64,000 nucleotides of DNA from Candidatus Latescibacterota bacterium (GTDB lineage: Bacteria; Latescibacterota; UBA2968; UBA8231), in the NCBI GenBank assembly GCA_963422735.1, contig OY730476.1, positions 2,016,001-2,080,000 on the forward strand. Reading direction: 5' to 3'. This document shows positions 53,901 through 62,644 of this stretch, piece by piece. The notes below the pieces were generated by a model, which did not search any database, was not told the DNA's origin, and saw only the letters and a list, made by a program, of their open reading frames with translations. The position numbers were made by a program, and so were the translations under genes. Within the stretch, counting starts at the first letter, position 1, and each line of letters opens with the position of its first letter.

Positions 53901-54094
53901 TCGCCGACCGCATCCACGTCTGGGTGCAGGGCGCGGCCGCTTTGGAGGAAGCGGTTCAGCAGCACAACTCGTACATCTCCGCCGAGACCCTAGCGCTGGC
54001 CCTCCACACTGGGGAATTGCCCCAAGAGGCGCTCTTGCAGCAGGAGCGGCAGGTCAACGGTCTCGACGGCATCATTGCCATCGCTAAAGGCTAG
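50933..54094 (+). CDS. ileS: Isoleucine-tRNA ligase (type 2)
   Basis: DGPPFATGLPHYGH, GWDCHGLPVE, WTTTPWTLP, DWAISR.RYWG, KLSKR. Confidence 0.97.
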   Translation: MSMVPQTPFAPVPSQVDFPAQERRILEFWRDGDLYRKSVDARSVERPFRFYDGPPFATGLPHYGHLLASITKDVVPRYWTMRGYRVERRWGWDCHGLPVENEAEQQLGLRSRRDILEYGVSQFNEACRDLVLHYTAEWQRLIERLGRWVDWDNQYRTMDPDFMESVWWVFKSLWDKGLIYEGYKSLAYCPRCATPLSNFEVNQGYQDTQDPSITVRFRVADEQRLSLLAWTTTPWTLPSNMGLAVGCNIDYVRVTTRDGEQSILAASLVESIFRRHDSEVAEVTPVAIEDLVGLRYEPLFDYFADRAEEGAFRVVTADFVSTDDGTGIVHIAPGFGEDDYQLGLAEGLPVVCPIDADCCFTDEIPDFAGAFVKDTDTPIIRRLRASGQLFSEGSIEHSYPFCWRCDSPLIYRTISTWFVKIEGEVKEKMLAANQQIWWIPEHIRDGRFGKGVESAPDWAISRNRYWGTPLPIWRNEETGEAACIGSRQELRELTGRDVDDLHKHFIDDLEIPAPSGNGSLRRVPEVLDCWFESGSMPYAQNHYPFGRRADFEASFPADFISENLDMTRGWFYTLTILAAALFDKPAFHNCIVGGMLLAADGRKLSKRLKNYPDPAEMLDTYGADALRLYLLNSPAMKAEEMRLTEEGIKQSLRDVIIPLWNAYSFFVTYAAIDGWTPDEGRVQTLDHRLDRWILSELQTLLRDLNAEMEAYRLYRTVPAMVAFIEKLTNWYIRRSRRRFWKSEDDQDKAAAYDTLYRVLVTFIKALAPVLPFITEIIYQNLVRRVDAEAPASVHLCDMPQADEYLRDASLEQQMELATRAVVLGRSLRSKHALKVRQPLRYLWLLPPNEHSRHGLEQMTDLLADELNVKEVVLVEDETEFSEVSYRPDFRALGPRFGKRMPEVASRIQALTAADVHLLENGGQLSVAGGEIGLADIAVQRREKEGVVVALDNNLGVGLDIQLDNELIAECTAREFINRVQNMRKDAGLDVADRIHVWVQGAAALEEAVQQHNSYISAETLALALHTGELPQEALLQQERQVNGLDGIIAIAKG

Positions 54095-54127
54095 TACAAA
54101 CGGACGACGTGAAGAGAGGTAAAATCA

Positions 54128-54532
54128 ATGGATGACAAACCCAATCAGATGGACAAAGAACACCTCGATTTTTTTAAGAAATTGCTACTCAAAAAAATCG
54201 CCCAGATATCGGACGACGTCGAAGCCATCGAAAACACTGCGCGCAACGACGCCCGGGAAACGGCATCCGAGGACCGCTCGACCTATTCGCTGCACATGGC
54301 CGACCACGGGACCGACGCTATGGAACGAGAAAAATCCCTACTCCTCGCCCAGCGCGGTGGCGATTACATCGACTACTTAAACGAGGCCCTGCAGCGCATT
54401 GAGAACGGCACCTTTGGGATCTGCCGCACCTGCAAGGGACCAATCGGCCGCGGCCGACTAGAGGCCGTGCCCACCGCTACCCAGTGTATTCGCTGCAAGT
54501 CCAAGCGCGAAGAGGAGTCGGACCTAGAGTGA
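54128..54532 (+). CDS. DksA/TraR C4-zinc-finger protein
   Basis: HMADHGTD, ALQRIENGTFGICRTC...RLEAVP...CIRC. Confidence 0.9.
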   Translation: MDDKPNQMDKEHLDFFKKLLLKKIAQISDDVEAIENTARNDARETASEDRSTYSLHMADHGTDAMEREKSLLLAQRGGDYIDYLNEALQRIENGTFGICRTCKGPIGRGRLEAVPTATQCIRCKSKREEESDLE

Positions 54533-55011
54533 CGTTTCTGTGGATCATACCACTGACCGTGGCCATCGATCAAGCTAGCAAGTTCATCGTCCGTGGCTCT
54601 ATGGCACGGTACCAGTCCGAGTCTGTGCTGGGCGACTTTTTCCGCCTGACCTACATCCACAACCCAGGTGCGGCCTTCGGGCTGAACTTGGGCAGCCCGC
54701 TTCTGCACACCGCCCTCTCGATCCTCGCACTCGGCATCCTCGTTTACCTCTATCGCTCGCTCGCCGAGAACGAGCGGCTCTTGCGCCTGGCCCTCTGCCT
54801 AGTATTAGGCGGTGCTGTGGGCAACATCATCGACCGCCTGTATTTGGGAGAAGTGATAGATTTCTTCGACTTCGGCCTTGGGGATTTGCGCTGGCCGATC
54901 TTCAACTTTGCCGATTCCTTCGTCACCGTCGGCGTATTGCTCTTGGCCTTGGGCTACTCGCGCCGCGAAAAAGCCCCAGCCGGCTCCACAGAGGAAGCCC
55001 CCCCCAGCTAA
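54529..55011 (+). CDS. lspA: Lipoprotein signal peptidase II
   Basis: DQASK, NPGAAFG, GGAVGNIIDR, VIDF, FNFADS. Confidence 0.95.
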   Translation: MTFLWIIPLTVAIDQASKFIVRGSMARYQSESVLGDFFRLTYIHNPGAAFGLNLGSPLLHTALSILALGILVYLYRSLAENERLLRLALCLVLGGAVGNIIDRLYLGEVIDFFDFGLGDLRWPIFNFADSFVTVGVLLLALGYSRREKAPAGSTEEAPPS

Positions 55012-55015
55012 CGCC

Positions 55016-55969
55016 ATGCACCTCGCCGTTGCCGCCGCGGCCCCCGAGCGGCTCGATCTTTTTCTGCGCCACCGCTGTCCTCAGCTTTCTCGGAGCCGCA
55101 TCCAAACGCTGATTAAGTCCGGGGCGATTCGCGTCAATGGCGCACCGACGCGCCCGGCGTACTTGGTCCAGCCCGGGGACGAGATCGCCGTCGAGCTGCC
55201 CGAGCCCGAGCCGTCAGCCGCACGCCCCGAGCCGCTGCCCCTGTCCATCGCGTACGAAGACGACGACCTGCTAGTCGTGAACAAGGCCGCCGGCATGACC
55301 GTGCATCCGGCTCCGGGCGCGACCGAGGGCACTCTCGTCAACGCGCTGTTGCACTACTGCCGCGATCTGTCGGGCATCAACGGCGCGCTCCGGCCGGGAA
55401 TCGTCCATCGGCTCGACAAGGAGACGAGCGGCTTGCTGCTAGTAGCCAAGCACAACGCCGTCCACCGAACGCTCGCCCATAGCTTGCAAGCGCGGCAAAT
55501 TGAGCGCTGTTATCTGGCCCTCGTATGGGGGGAGATGCGGGAGGCCGAGGGCCGGATCGAGGCCCCAATTGGCCGCCACCCCAAGAATCGCAAAAAGATG
55601 GCCGTAATCGCCGTCGGTCGAGCCGCGGCCACGAACTTCAAGGTCGCCGAGCGCTTCCCCTTTACCAATCTAGTCGAATGCCGCTTAGAGACCGGACGCA
55701 CGCACCAGATCCGCGTACATCTGGCCCATATCGGCCACCCGGTCTTCGGCGACCCCGTGTACGGAGGTCGCGATCAGGCGCGGGGCATCCGCCCGGAATA
55801 CCAGCGTCAAGCCAAGTGGATGCTGACCCTGATAAAACGCCAAGCCCTGCACGCCTACGCGCTGCGTTTTGCTCACCCGACAACCGGAGAGATGATGAAG
55901 TTTACCGTGCCGCCACCAGAGGATTTGCGGGCCGTATTAGAGGCGGCACGGGTGCGCTCCCTAACCTAG
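55016..55969 (+). CDS. rluD: RluA/RluD-family pseudouridine synthase
   Basis: S4 domain, GIVHRLDKETSG, LETGRTHQIR, GDPVYG, RQALHA. Confidence 0.9.
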   Translation: MHLAVAAAAPERLDLFLRHRCPQLSRSRIQTLIKSGAIRVNGAPTRPAYLVQPGDEIAVELPEPEPSAARPEPLPLSIAYEDDDLLVVNKAAGMTVHPAPGATEGTLVNALLHYCRDLSGINGALRPGIVHRLDKETSGLLLVAKHNAVHRTLAHSLQARQIERCYLALVWGEMREAEGRIEAPIGRHPKNRKKMAVIAVGRAAATNFKVAERFPFTNLVECRLETGRTHQIRVHLAHIGHPVFGDPVYGGRDQARGIRPEYQRQAKWMLTLIKRQALHAYALRFAHPTTGEMMKFTVPPPEDLRAVLEAARVRSLT

Positions 55970-56309
55970 CCCTCGTCATCGCTAAGGAGATGAAGTGGTA
56001 GCTAGCTGGACGACAGAGATGTCCAGAATGTCCGTGTGCATCATGGGCGCGGCGACTGGATGGTGTGGTGGCTGCCTCTCAAGTCTAGGCTGAATCTGCT
56101 GAACTGAGAATAGCTACTGTATCGGTGGCCAAGCCCTTAGCACACAGGGCGACGGTCTGGTCAAAGGCATAAGTGGCTTCTTCAATACCTTGAGCATTTT
56201 TATTCACGGCTCCTTTCCTCATCGCCGTACGAGTACCTGCCGAAAATGGCGTACGGCGCATCTGAATCGTACACTCGGCTGGAGCGAACTGCTCTAAAAG
56301 GAAAAAGCC

Positions 56310-57708
56310 ATGCACGAGACTAACCTACTGAGAGCCGGAGCGGCAATGATCGACATTACTCCGCCCGCGGGGACGCATCTGGCGGGCAGCGGGGCCGGCG
56401 AGTACCGCCCGGCCCAAACCGTAATGGATCCACTCTTTGCCAAGGCCATCGTCTTTGAGGCGGGCGAGCGACGCGTCTGCATGGTGATCTTGGATCTGAC
56501 TATTGTCACCGGCGACTACACGGACAAAATCCGCGCCGCCATAAGCGAGCAAACGGACTTGGCACCCGAGGCGATCATGGTCCAAGCGACCCAGACACAC
56601 TCGGCCCCGAGCCTCGGCTATTTTATGCTAGATCCAGATTTCCCATTGGAGACCATCGCAGAGACCGAGTATCTGCGCGGAGCCGAACGCGCCTACGGAG
56701 ATCGGGCTGCGGCCTCTGCGGTGGAGGCGGTAGTCGAGGCGATGGGCAAGCTGCAACCTGCGCGCATCGGTTTGGGACGCGGCGCGTTGGGGGGCTTGGC
56801 CTTCAATCGCCGCGATATTCGCCGGGACGGCACCATCGCCATGCCCAAGCCACAGGGTCGGGAGCAGCAGCCGTTCGGGATCGCGGATATCTGCTATCTC
56901 GAAGGGCCGATGGACCCGGAGGTCGGCGTGTGCTGCGTACAGGATATGGATATGCAGCCGCTGGCCTTTCTCCTGCACTACACCTGTCACCCGGTCAATG
57001 CGTTCGGATACCCCGAGACCTACCGGGCGGTGTCGGCGGATTGGCCTGGTGCTTGGGCATGGGAGATGCAGCAACTATTCGGCTCCGATGCAGTGCCGTT
57101 GGTCGTCAACGGCTGTTGCGGCAACATTAATCCCTGGCACCCCTTCGACCCGGATTGCCGGCCGGATCACCAGCGGATGGGGCGCGAACTAGCCCAGATG
57201 AGTGAACGAATCGTGCACAATATGGCGTTTGCCAACGACGCTGCGTTGGATTGTAGGATCGAAAAGGTCGGGCTACCCTATCGCGATATTCCGGCCGAGC
57301 GGTTGCAGGAGGTCAACGCGATTCTCGCAAAGGATCCGCAACCGCCGCGCGGGGAAAACGGCGCAGTGGACCCACACTGGTTCCGGGCCGCATCGACCCA
57401 TACAGCGAGACGCCGAGTTCCCCTATGAGATCCAAGCTTTCCGCATAGGCGACCTCGGCGTCATTGGCCTGCCAGGCGAACCTTTTGTCGAAGGACAACT
57501 CGCGCTCAAAACAAACTCAGCAGCACCGTTTCTCTTTTTAGCGCACCTCACGACGCACTATGTCGGCTACCTTCCGACGCGAGCGGCCTACGCCCGAGGT
57601 GGGCACGAGGCCAACGAAGACATTACCTACTGGGCCAAACTCGCCCCCGGCAGCCTCGAAACGGTAGTTGAGCAGGCCCGCACGCTGGTACAAGAGCTAT
57701 TTGTATGA
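56310..57708 (+). pseudogene. Neutral-ceramidase-like hydrolase with frameshift
   Basis: DITPP, DPLFAKA, ATQTHSAP, NRR, GPMDPEV, HYTCHP, NGCCGNINP in one frame; YEIQAFRIGD..LPGEPF, GYLPT continue in another frame after ~57400. Confidence 0.75.
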
Positions 57709-57807
57709 GCTAGGGATCACGGGCGTTAACGTGCGAGCGGATGGATGGGGTCCGATAGTGGCGAAACTGTTTGCCCGCGTATTATCTGGTGGACGCACTG
57801 CGGCGGC

Positions 57808-58839
57808 TCAGCTACTAAACCCAACTTCGCGCTCTCCCTTGTCGGCCGCCTCCTGAATGCGAAGGACGTGGCGCGTCGAGCGCAGCACCGCAGCGGTGTC
57901 GAGGCCGTTGGCGGGCACTTCGCCGGCGATGTCGTCGAGGAAGGAGCGCAGGTAGCCGCCCGCTTGGGCCGGGGGTAGCGGCTCGATCTGCACGGTGGCG
58001 TCTTCCCTGCCGAGCACTTGAATGACCTTGGCCGCAGTCGAAGTCTCGATTACTCCATCCCTTCCCCAAAACGTGGTCCGCCAGTAGTAAGGCATGGTGT
58101 AGCCCGCCCTATCAGGTGCGAAGTACGACACGTCGCCCAAGACCCCACAGCCGTTGTCCATCTCCAGCATCATCTGCCCAGCGTCCTGCAAATGAAGGTC
58201 TTGGGGGGCAAAGGCCCGCCAGCAGCGGGCGGCGTTGATTTTTGCCCACTGGCGGCCTGTAACCCAAGGCAAAGCGTCAATGGCGTGGATGCCAATATCG
58301 GCGATGGTACCGCCGTGCTTGCCCTGTTCAAAATACCAGCCGGGCCGCGTGCCCAAAAGCAGCGGGTGTTGGCCACCAAAGGCGATGGCGTGGACTTGGC
58401 CGATGCGGCCGGCTTGGATCAGGTTGCGCACGCCGATAAAAGGGGCGGCATCGCGCATAGTCAACATGCAGCCGACCTTGAGGTTTTTCTCGCGTGCCAG
58501 CACCTCAATGCGGTCGAGGTCGGCCATTTTGGTACACAGAGGTTTGTCGCTGATGACGTGTTTGCCGCGTGTGAGCGCTTCGATCAGCACCGGGCCGCGA
58601 CCGGCGAAATAGGTGCCGGTCGCGACGATATCGCAGTCCACCTCGTCGAGCATTTGTTCGATCCGGTCGTGGGTGATTGCGGCGCGGCCCTTTGCGTGGA
58701 TTTCAGCGCGCGTCTCGGTGTGCTCCTCGCATGCGGCTACCTCTTCGAGCGCAGACGAGGCGCGGGCTAGTGCGTAGAGGTCGAAGATGTGGCCGTGGCG
58801 GAAGCCGGCGAAGGCGATTTTGTGGGGGACTTCACTCAT
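57808..58839 (-). CDS. Gfo/Idh/MocA-family oxidoreductase
   Basis: GKHVISDKP, GG.IADIGIH.ID. Confidence 0.88.
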   Translation of the reverse strand: MSEVPHKIAFAGFRHGHIFDLYALARASSALEEVAACEEHTETRAEIHAKGRAAITHDRIEQMLDEVDCDIVATGTYFAGRGPVLIEALTRGKHVISDKPLCTKMADLDRIEVLAREKNLKVGCMLTMRDAAPFIGVRNLIQAGRIGQVHAIAFGGQHPLLLGTRPGWYFEQGKHGGTIADIGIHAIDALPWVTGRQWAKINAARCWRAFAPQDLHLQDAGQMMLEMDNGCGVLGDVSYFAPDRAGYTMPYYWRTTFWGRDGVIETSTAAKVIQVLGREDATVQIEPLPPAQAGGYLRSFLDDIAGEVPANGLDTAAVLRSTRHVLRIQEAADKGEREVGFSS

Positions 58840-59590
58840 CCCTACCTCTGAGCACTTTGGCTCGCGATTCCCCTTCCTCGTCGCCGTACGAGTGCCCGCC
58901 GAAGATGGCCCGCAGTTCGGCCGCGGATGTGGCTTGGCGCATCTGGGCCATGCGCTCGGCCTCGTGTTTTTGCAGGGCGCGGACGTTTCCCAGCACCGCG
59001 CTGAGCTTGTCGGCGGGGAATTTTACCGCACCGTTTTCGTCCATGTGAACTATTTCGCCTGGGGCCACATCCATGCCGGCGACCGAGACCGGCACATTGA
59101 CCGCGTGGATGGCTTGGGCACCGTGACCGGCGGTGACGCCGCTGAGCAAGTACTGGAACTTCATCGGGCGAATCTCGTCGATGTCGCGCGAGGGGCCGTT
59201 GGAAATCGCGCCAACGCAGCCAATGGCCTGCATGGCGGTAGTCATGTTGCCGCCGGCTAGGCCGACTTTGCCTTGGATTTCGGGCGGGAACTTCTGCTCG
59301 AAGACCAAGATCGTCGGCTTGGGCGAGGCGTCGAGGGCGTCGAGAACGTCCATGAAGCTAACGCCGTTGTATGTGGGGTCGGGCAAGCCGTAGGTGCAGG
59401 TGACCGCGTAGCCGACGGTGGGGCCGAGCTCGGGATACATACAGCGCAGCGACTGGTCGGTGTACCAGTTTTCGCTCCAGGGATTGTATAGCCCCAAGCA
59501 CAAGGGGTCGCCCGGATAGGTGGCCACGACATTGGTAATTGAAGGCGTGTCAAAGTTTTTCAGCTCGGCGAGCATTTCTCTAGGGGTCAT
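58832..59590 (-). CDS. RraA/HMG-aldolase family protein
   Basis: DTPSITN, GYAVT, GGNM, NGPSRD.DE, V.PG..VH.DENG. Confidence 0.85.
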   Translation of the reverse strand: MTPREMLAELKNFDTPSITNVVATYPGDPLCLGLYNPWSENWYTDQSLRCMYPELGPTVGYAVTCTYGLPDPTYNGVSFMDVLDALDASPKPTILVFEQKFPPEIQGKVGLAGGNMTTAMQAIGCVGAISNGPSRDIDEIRPMKFQYLLSGVTAGHGAQAIHAVNVPVSVAGMDVAPGEIVHMDENGAVKFPADKLSAVLGNVRALQKHEAERMAQMRQATSAAELRAIFGGHSYGDEEGESRAKVLRGRDE

Positions 59591-59632
59591 TGAAGGCTCC
59601 TGATTGCGTAATGGGGAAAGGATCGTTTCACG

Positions 59633-60445
59633 TTAATGCTGATCGCGGCGCGGCAGGATCGGCTGATTCTTCAGTTCGCGGATTAGCCCTACAAGCCCCC
59701 CGGTCGCCGCTTCTAAAAATTTTTCGCCTTTTTCCCGAGAGGCTTTAGTCGCGTCGCCCACCACGCCGCTGGCCGTCTGCTGGCTCCAGTACGGTATCAG
59801 CCGCGCACCCGATCCTTCAGGGTGCGTACCGGACAACAGGTCGGTGCGGAAGCTGGACGATAGCGGCGAGCGCTCATCAACGGCTTTGTCCATTTCGACG
59901 AGTTCCGGCTTGAGCGCGAGATAGAGCGAGGTCTCGTATTCGCCGGCGTGCGAGGTGCCGCCGTAGGACGAGTCGCGCAGTTGGTTGCCCACTCTCTTGG
60001 CGCAGCGTATATCCCAGTGATTGACCGAAGCGCAGAGGATCTGGCCCTCGTATTCGAGGACGGTGAGGCGGGCCGCTAGGTCGAGCGGCGAGGTATTGGA
60101 GCCGTGCCCATTGACGATGAGGATGCGCTCAAAGCCGTGGTGGGCCAAGCTGCAACACACGTCCTTGACATAGCGGATAAAGGTATCCCAAGTAATAGTC
60201 AGAGTACCGTGGAAATCCATGTGGTGCGGGCTGTAGCCGTGAGTGACGGGCGGGGCGAGCACAGCTTCTTCTGGGATGCGGGCCACGGCGCGCTCGCAGA
60301 TGCCGTGGCACAGCACCACGTCCGTATCCACCGGCAGATGCGGGCCGTGGTCTTCGTGCGTAGCGACAGGTAGCACGGCGACGCGGCCCGCGGCGGCGGC
60401 GTCCCGGGTTTCGTTCCAAATCATCTCGGCATAGCGGTATTTCAC
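59633..60445 (-). CDS. Creatininase-family amidohydrolase
   Basis: EDHGPHLP..D, G.SPHH..F.GT, NGHGSN, HAGEYETS, SGVVGD. Confidence 0.92.
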   Translation of the reverse strand: MKYRYAEMIWNETRDAAAAGRVAVLPVATHEDHGPHLPVDTDVVLCHGICERAVARIPEEAVLAPPVTHGYSPHHMDFHGTLTITWDTFIRYVKDVCCSLAHHGFERILIVNGHGSNTSPLDLAARLTVLEYEGQILCASVNHWDIRCAKRVGNQLRDSSYGGTSHAGEYETSLYLALKPELVEMDKAVDERSPLSSSFRTDLLSGTHPEGSGARLIPYWSQQTASGVVGDATKASREKGEKFLEAATGGLVGLIRELKNQPILPRRDQH

Positions 60446-60537
60446 GGCGGTTCGCTCCTTAAGACAATAATAGGGTCAGTGTACGAGAACGCGGAAAGAA
60501 GTACGCAATTCGCGCAGCAGGAGCAAGTTGCCATTCC

Positions 60538-60566
60538 TCGACAGTTTTCAGCATCCCTTCTATATT
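60538..60566 (+). promoter_or_regulatory. Putative sigma70 promoter of ddl
   Basis: TCGACA-17 nt-TATATT. Confidence 0.45.
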
Positions 60567-60614
60567 TTGGAAGGGGCAACTCTACTCGCAACCTAACCGA
60601 AGGGACAGCAATAC

Positions 60615-61709
60615 ATGGGTCGCAAAATACGCCTCGGTGTGCTCTGCGGTGGGCGATCGGCCGAACACGAAGTCTCGGTGATTTCGGCGCGCTCGATGTT
60701 GGAAGCCATCGACAAGGACAAGTACGAACTGGTGATGATCGGCATCTCCAAGGAAGGGCGCTGGCTGTCCGCAGCGGACACACAGCAGCTTCTGGCGTCT
60801 AGCCAAGTCCACGAGGATGGGCTAACGCCGGTGGCACTGGACTACCTGGGGACGCGCACGTTAGTGGCGCAGCAAGGCGATTGGCAGAGCCAAGCCCTCG
60901 ACGTAATCTTCCCGATCTTGCACGGTCCCTACGGCGAGGACGGCACCGTGCAGGGCCTGATGGAGTTGGCCAATATAGCGTATGTGGGGGCTGGAGTCGT
61001 CGGCTCGGCCGTGGGCATGGACAAGGAGCTGATGAAGCGGGCTTTCAAAGCCGAGGGGCTGCCGCAGGTGGATTATCAGGTAGTGCGGCGCAGCCGTTGG
61101 GAAGAGGACCGCGCCGGAGTGCGGGCCGAGATCGAAGCCGCGCTGGCCTATCCCGTCTTCGTCAAGCCGGTGAATCTTGGTTCGAGCGTCGGGGTAAGCA
61201 AGGCCCGCGATGGTGCCGAGCTAGAGCAAGCCATCGACGAAGCAGCGCAATACGACTACAAGGTCGTGGTCGAGGCCGAAGCTAGCGGCTGCCGCGAAGT
61301 CGAGGTGGCGATCTTGGGCAACGAGTCGCCAGAAGCGTCCATAGCCGGCGAGATCGTGCCGGGCAACGACTTTTACGACTACAACGCCAAATACATTGAC
61401 GACAATTCCGATCTGATTATTCCAGCGCGCATCTCGCCAGCTACCCAAGAGGCCGTGCGCAAGCTGGGCATCCGGGCCTTTCAGGCGGTGGAAGCTTCGG
61501 GGTTGGCGCGGGTGGATTTTTTTGTGCGCGAAAGCGACGAGGCGATTTTTGTCAACGAGATCAACACCATGCCGGGGTTTACGCCCATCAGCATGTATCC
61601 CAAGCTGTGGGAGGCGTGCGGAGTGAGCTACGGGGCGTTGATCGACCGGTTGGTGCAGTTGGGTATCGAGCGGCACGAAGACAAGCAGAAGACGAAGACG
61701 GCGCGGTAA
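60615..61709 (+). CDS. ddl: D-alanine--D-alanine ligase
   Basis: GGRSAEHEVS, LHGPYGEDG..QG, GSSVGV, FYDYNAKY, NEINTMPGFT. Confidence 0.97.
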   Translation: MGRKIRLGVLCGGRSAEHEVSVISARSMLEAIDKDKYELVMIGISKEGRWLSAADTQQLLASSQVHEDGLTPVALDYLGTRTLVAQQGDWQSQALDVIFPILHGPYGEDGTVQGLMELANIAYVGAGVVGSAVGMDKELMKRAFKAEGLPQVDYQVVRRSRWEEDRAGVRAEIEAALAYPVFVKPVNLGSSVGVSKARDGAELEQAIDEAAQYDYKVVVEAEASGCREVEVAILGNESPEASIAGEIVPGNDFYDYNAKYIDDNSDLIIPARISPATQEAVRKLGIRAFQAVEASGLARVDFFVRESDEAIFVNEINTMPGFTPISMYPKLWEACGVSYGALIDRLVQLGIERHEDKQKTKTAR

Positions 61710-61715
61710 GCTTCT

Positions 61716-62423
61716 ATGCAGAAAGCGCGTTGGGAAAAGGGCAACGTCAGCAACCTGATTTCGCTAGCCCTGTTGCTAGCAGGCCTATGGGGGCGCGTGG
61801 AGGGAGTTGATGGCAGCGAATGGGTGCTGGCGGTTGGGTTGTTTGGCTTTGCCGGCGGGGCGACCAACTGGTTGGCCGTAAAAATGCTCTTTGACCGGGT
61901 GCCATTGCTGTACGGGTCGGGGGTGATTCCAGCGCGGTTTCGCGCTATCAGGGAAGCGGTCAAAGACGCCATCATGCGCTACTTCTTCGACGAGGAGTAT
62001 CTAGAGCGATTCTTTGCCGAGCGGATAGTTGGAGAGGATGTGGGGGAAAAGGTGCAAACCGTGCTAGCGTCCGAGGAGGTGGACGCGATCATCGACCGCA
62101 AGCTGGAAGAGTTGGCGGCATCGCCGCAAGGAATGATGATCCAGTTGGTGGGGACGCAGACAGTCAAGCCGCTAGTCAAGCAGTTCGTGATCGGAGTCGG
62201 GAGCGAAATCGCGCCGCTTTTGGCCGACGGAGCGGGCACAGAGGTCAACGCGATGCGAACGCAGGTTGACGGACTGCTAGAGGCCAAGCTAGAGGAGCTG
62301 ACGCCCAACCGGGTCAAGGAGATGATGGAGGAAGTAATCCGCGAGCACTTGGGCTGGCTGATCCTCTGGGGCAATGTGTTCGGCGGCGCGATTGGACTGT
62401 TATCTAAAGCACTGGGGTACTAA
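61716..62423 (+). CDS. DUF445-family membrane protein
   Basis: GGATNWLAVKMLF, GSGVIP, HLGWL..WG.VFGG.IG. Confidence 0.85.
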   Translation: MQKARWEKGNVSNLISLALLLAGLWGRVEGVDGSEWVLAVGLFGFAGGATNWLAVKMLFDRVPLLYGSGVIPARFRAIREAVKDAIMRYFFDEEYLERFFAERIVGEDVGEKVQTVLASEEVDAIIDRKLEELAASPQGMMIQLVGTQTVKPLVKQFVIGVGSEIAPLLADGAGTEVNAMRTQVDGLLEAKLEELTPNRVKEMMEEVIREHLGWLILWGNVFGGAIGLLSKALGY

Positions 62424-62430
62424 AATGAGT

Positions 62431-62642
62431 CGGAATTTCCTAGTGTACGGTTGGGAATTCCGGTTTCATGTAGGCGGTATCACTCGGCCTGCCCGTCGCC
62501 CTCGTCCGGGCCCGCGCGGTCCCCCGCGTCAATGTTCCGGGGCCCGTCGCCGGGTACCCGCCGCCAAGGGGGCGGATGGAACGGACCACTGAACACTGAA
62601 CACTGAACACTGATTAAACAGTCCTTATTCTAGGAAAGTCCG
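62431..62642. mobile_element. 212-bp MITE (IS1595-family-like ends) with 8-bp target-site duplication
   Basis: TIRs CGGAATTTCCTAG / CTAGGAAAGTCCG (12/13), flanked by direct repeats AAATGAGT at 62423-62430 and 62643-62650; no transposase. Confidence 0.8.
62587..62613 (+). repeat. Heptamer tandem repeat (CACTGAA)x3 + CACTGA
   Basis: Directly visible inside the MITE. Confidence 0.9.
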
Positions 62643-62644
62643 AA

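Noticed and set aside
55970-56309. Lower-GC spacer with a 76-aa minus-strand ORF
   Set aside because: No recognisable motif, RBS or repeats; probably debris and cannot be supported
59624-59639. parS-like site CGTTTCACGTTAATGC
   Set aside because: Only the left half matches GTTTCACGTGAAAC; not palindromic
44000-62400. Shift from C-rich to G-rich plus strand suggesting oriC or an inversion
   Set aside because: Patchy by eye, not computed, and no DnaA-box cluster seen; the one TTATCCACA noticed (near 27448) lies within a CDS
62587-62613. CRISPR array
   Set aside because: 7-bp tandem units with no spacers and no cas genes
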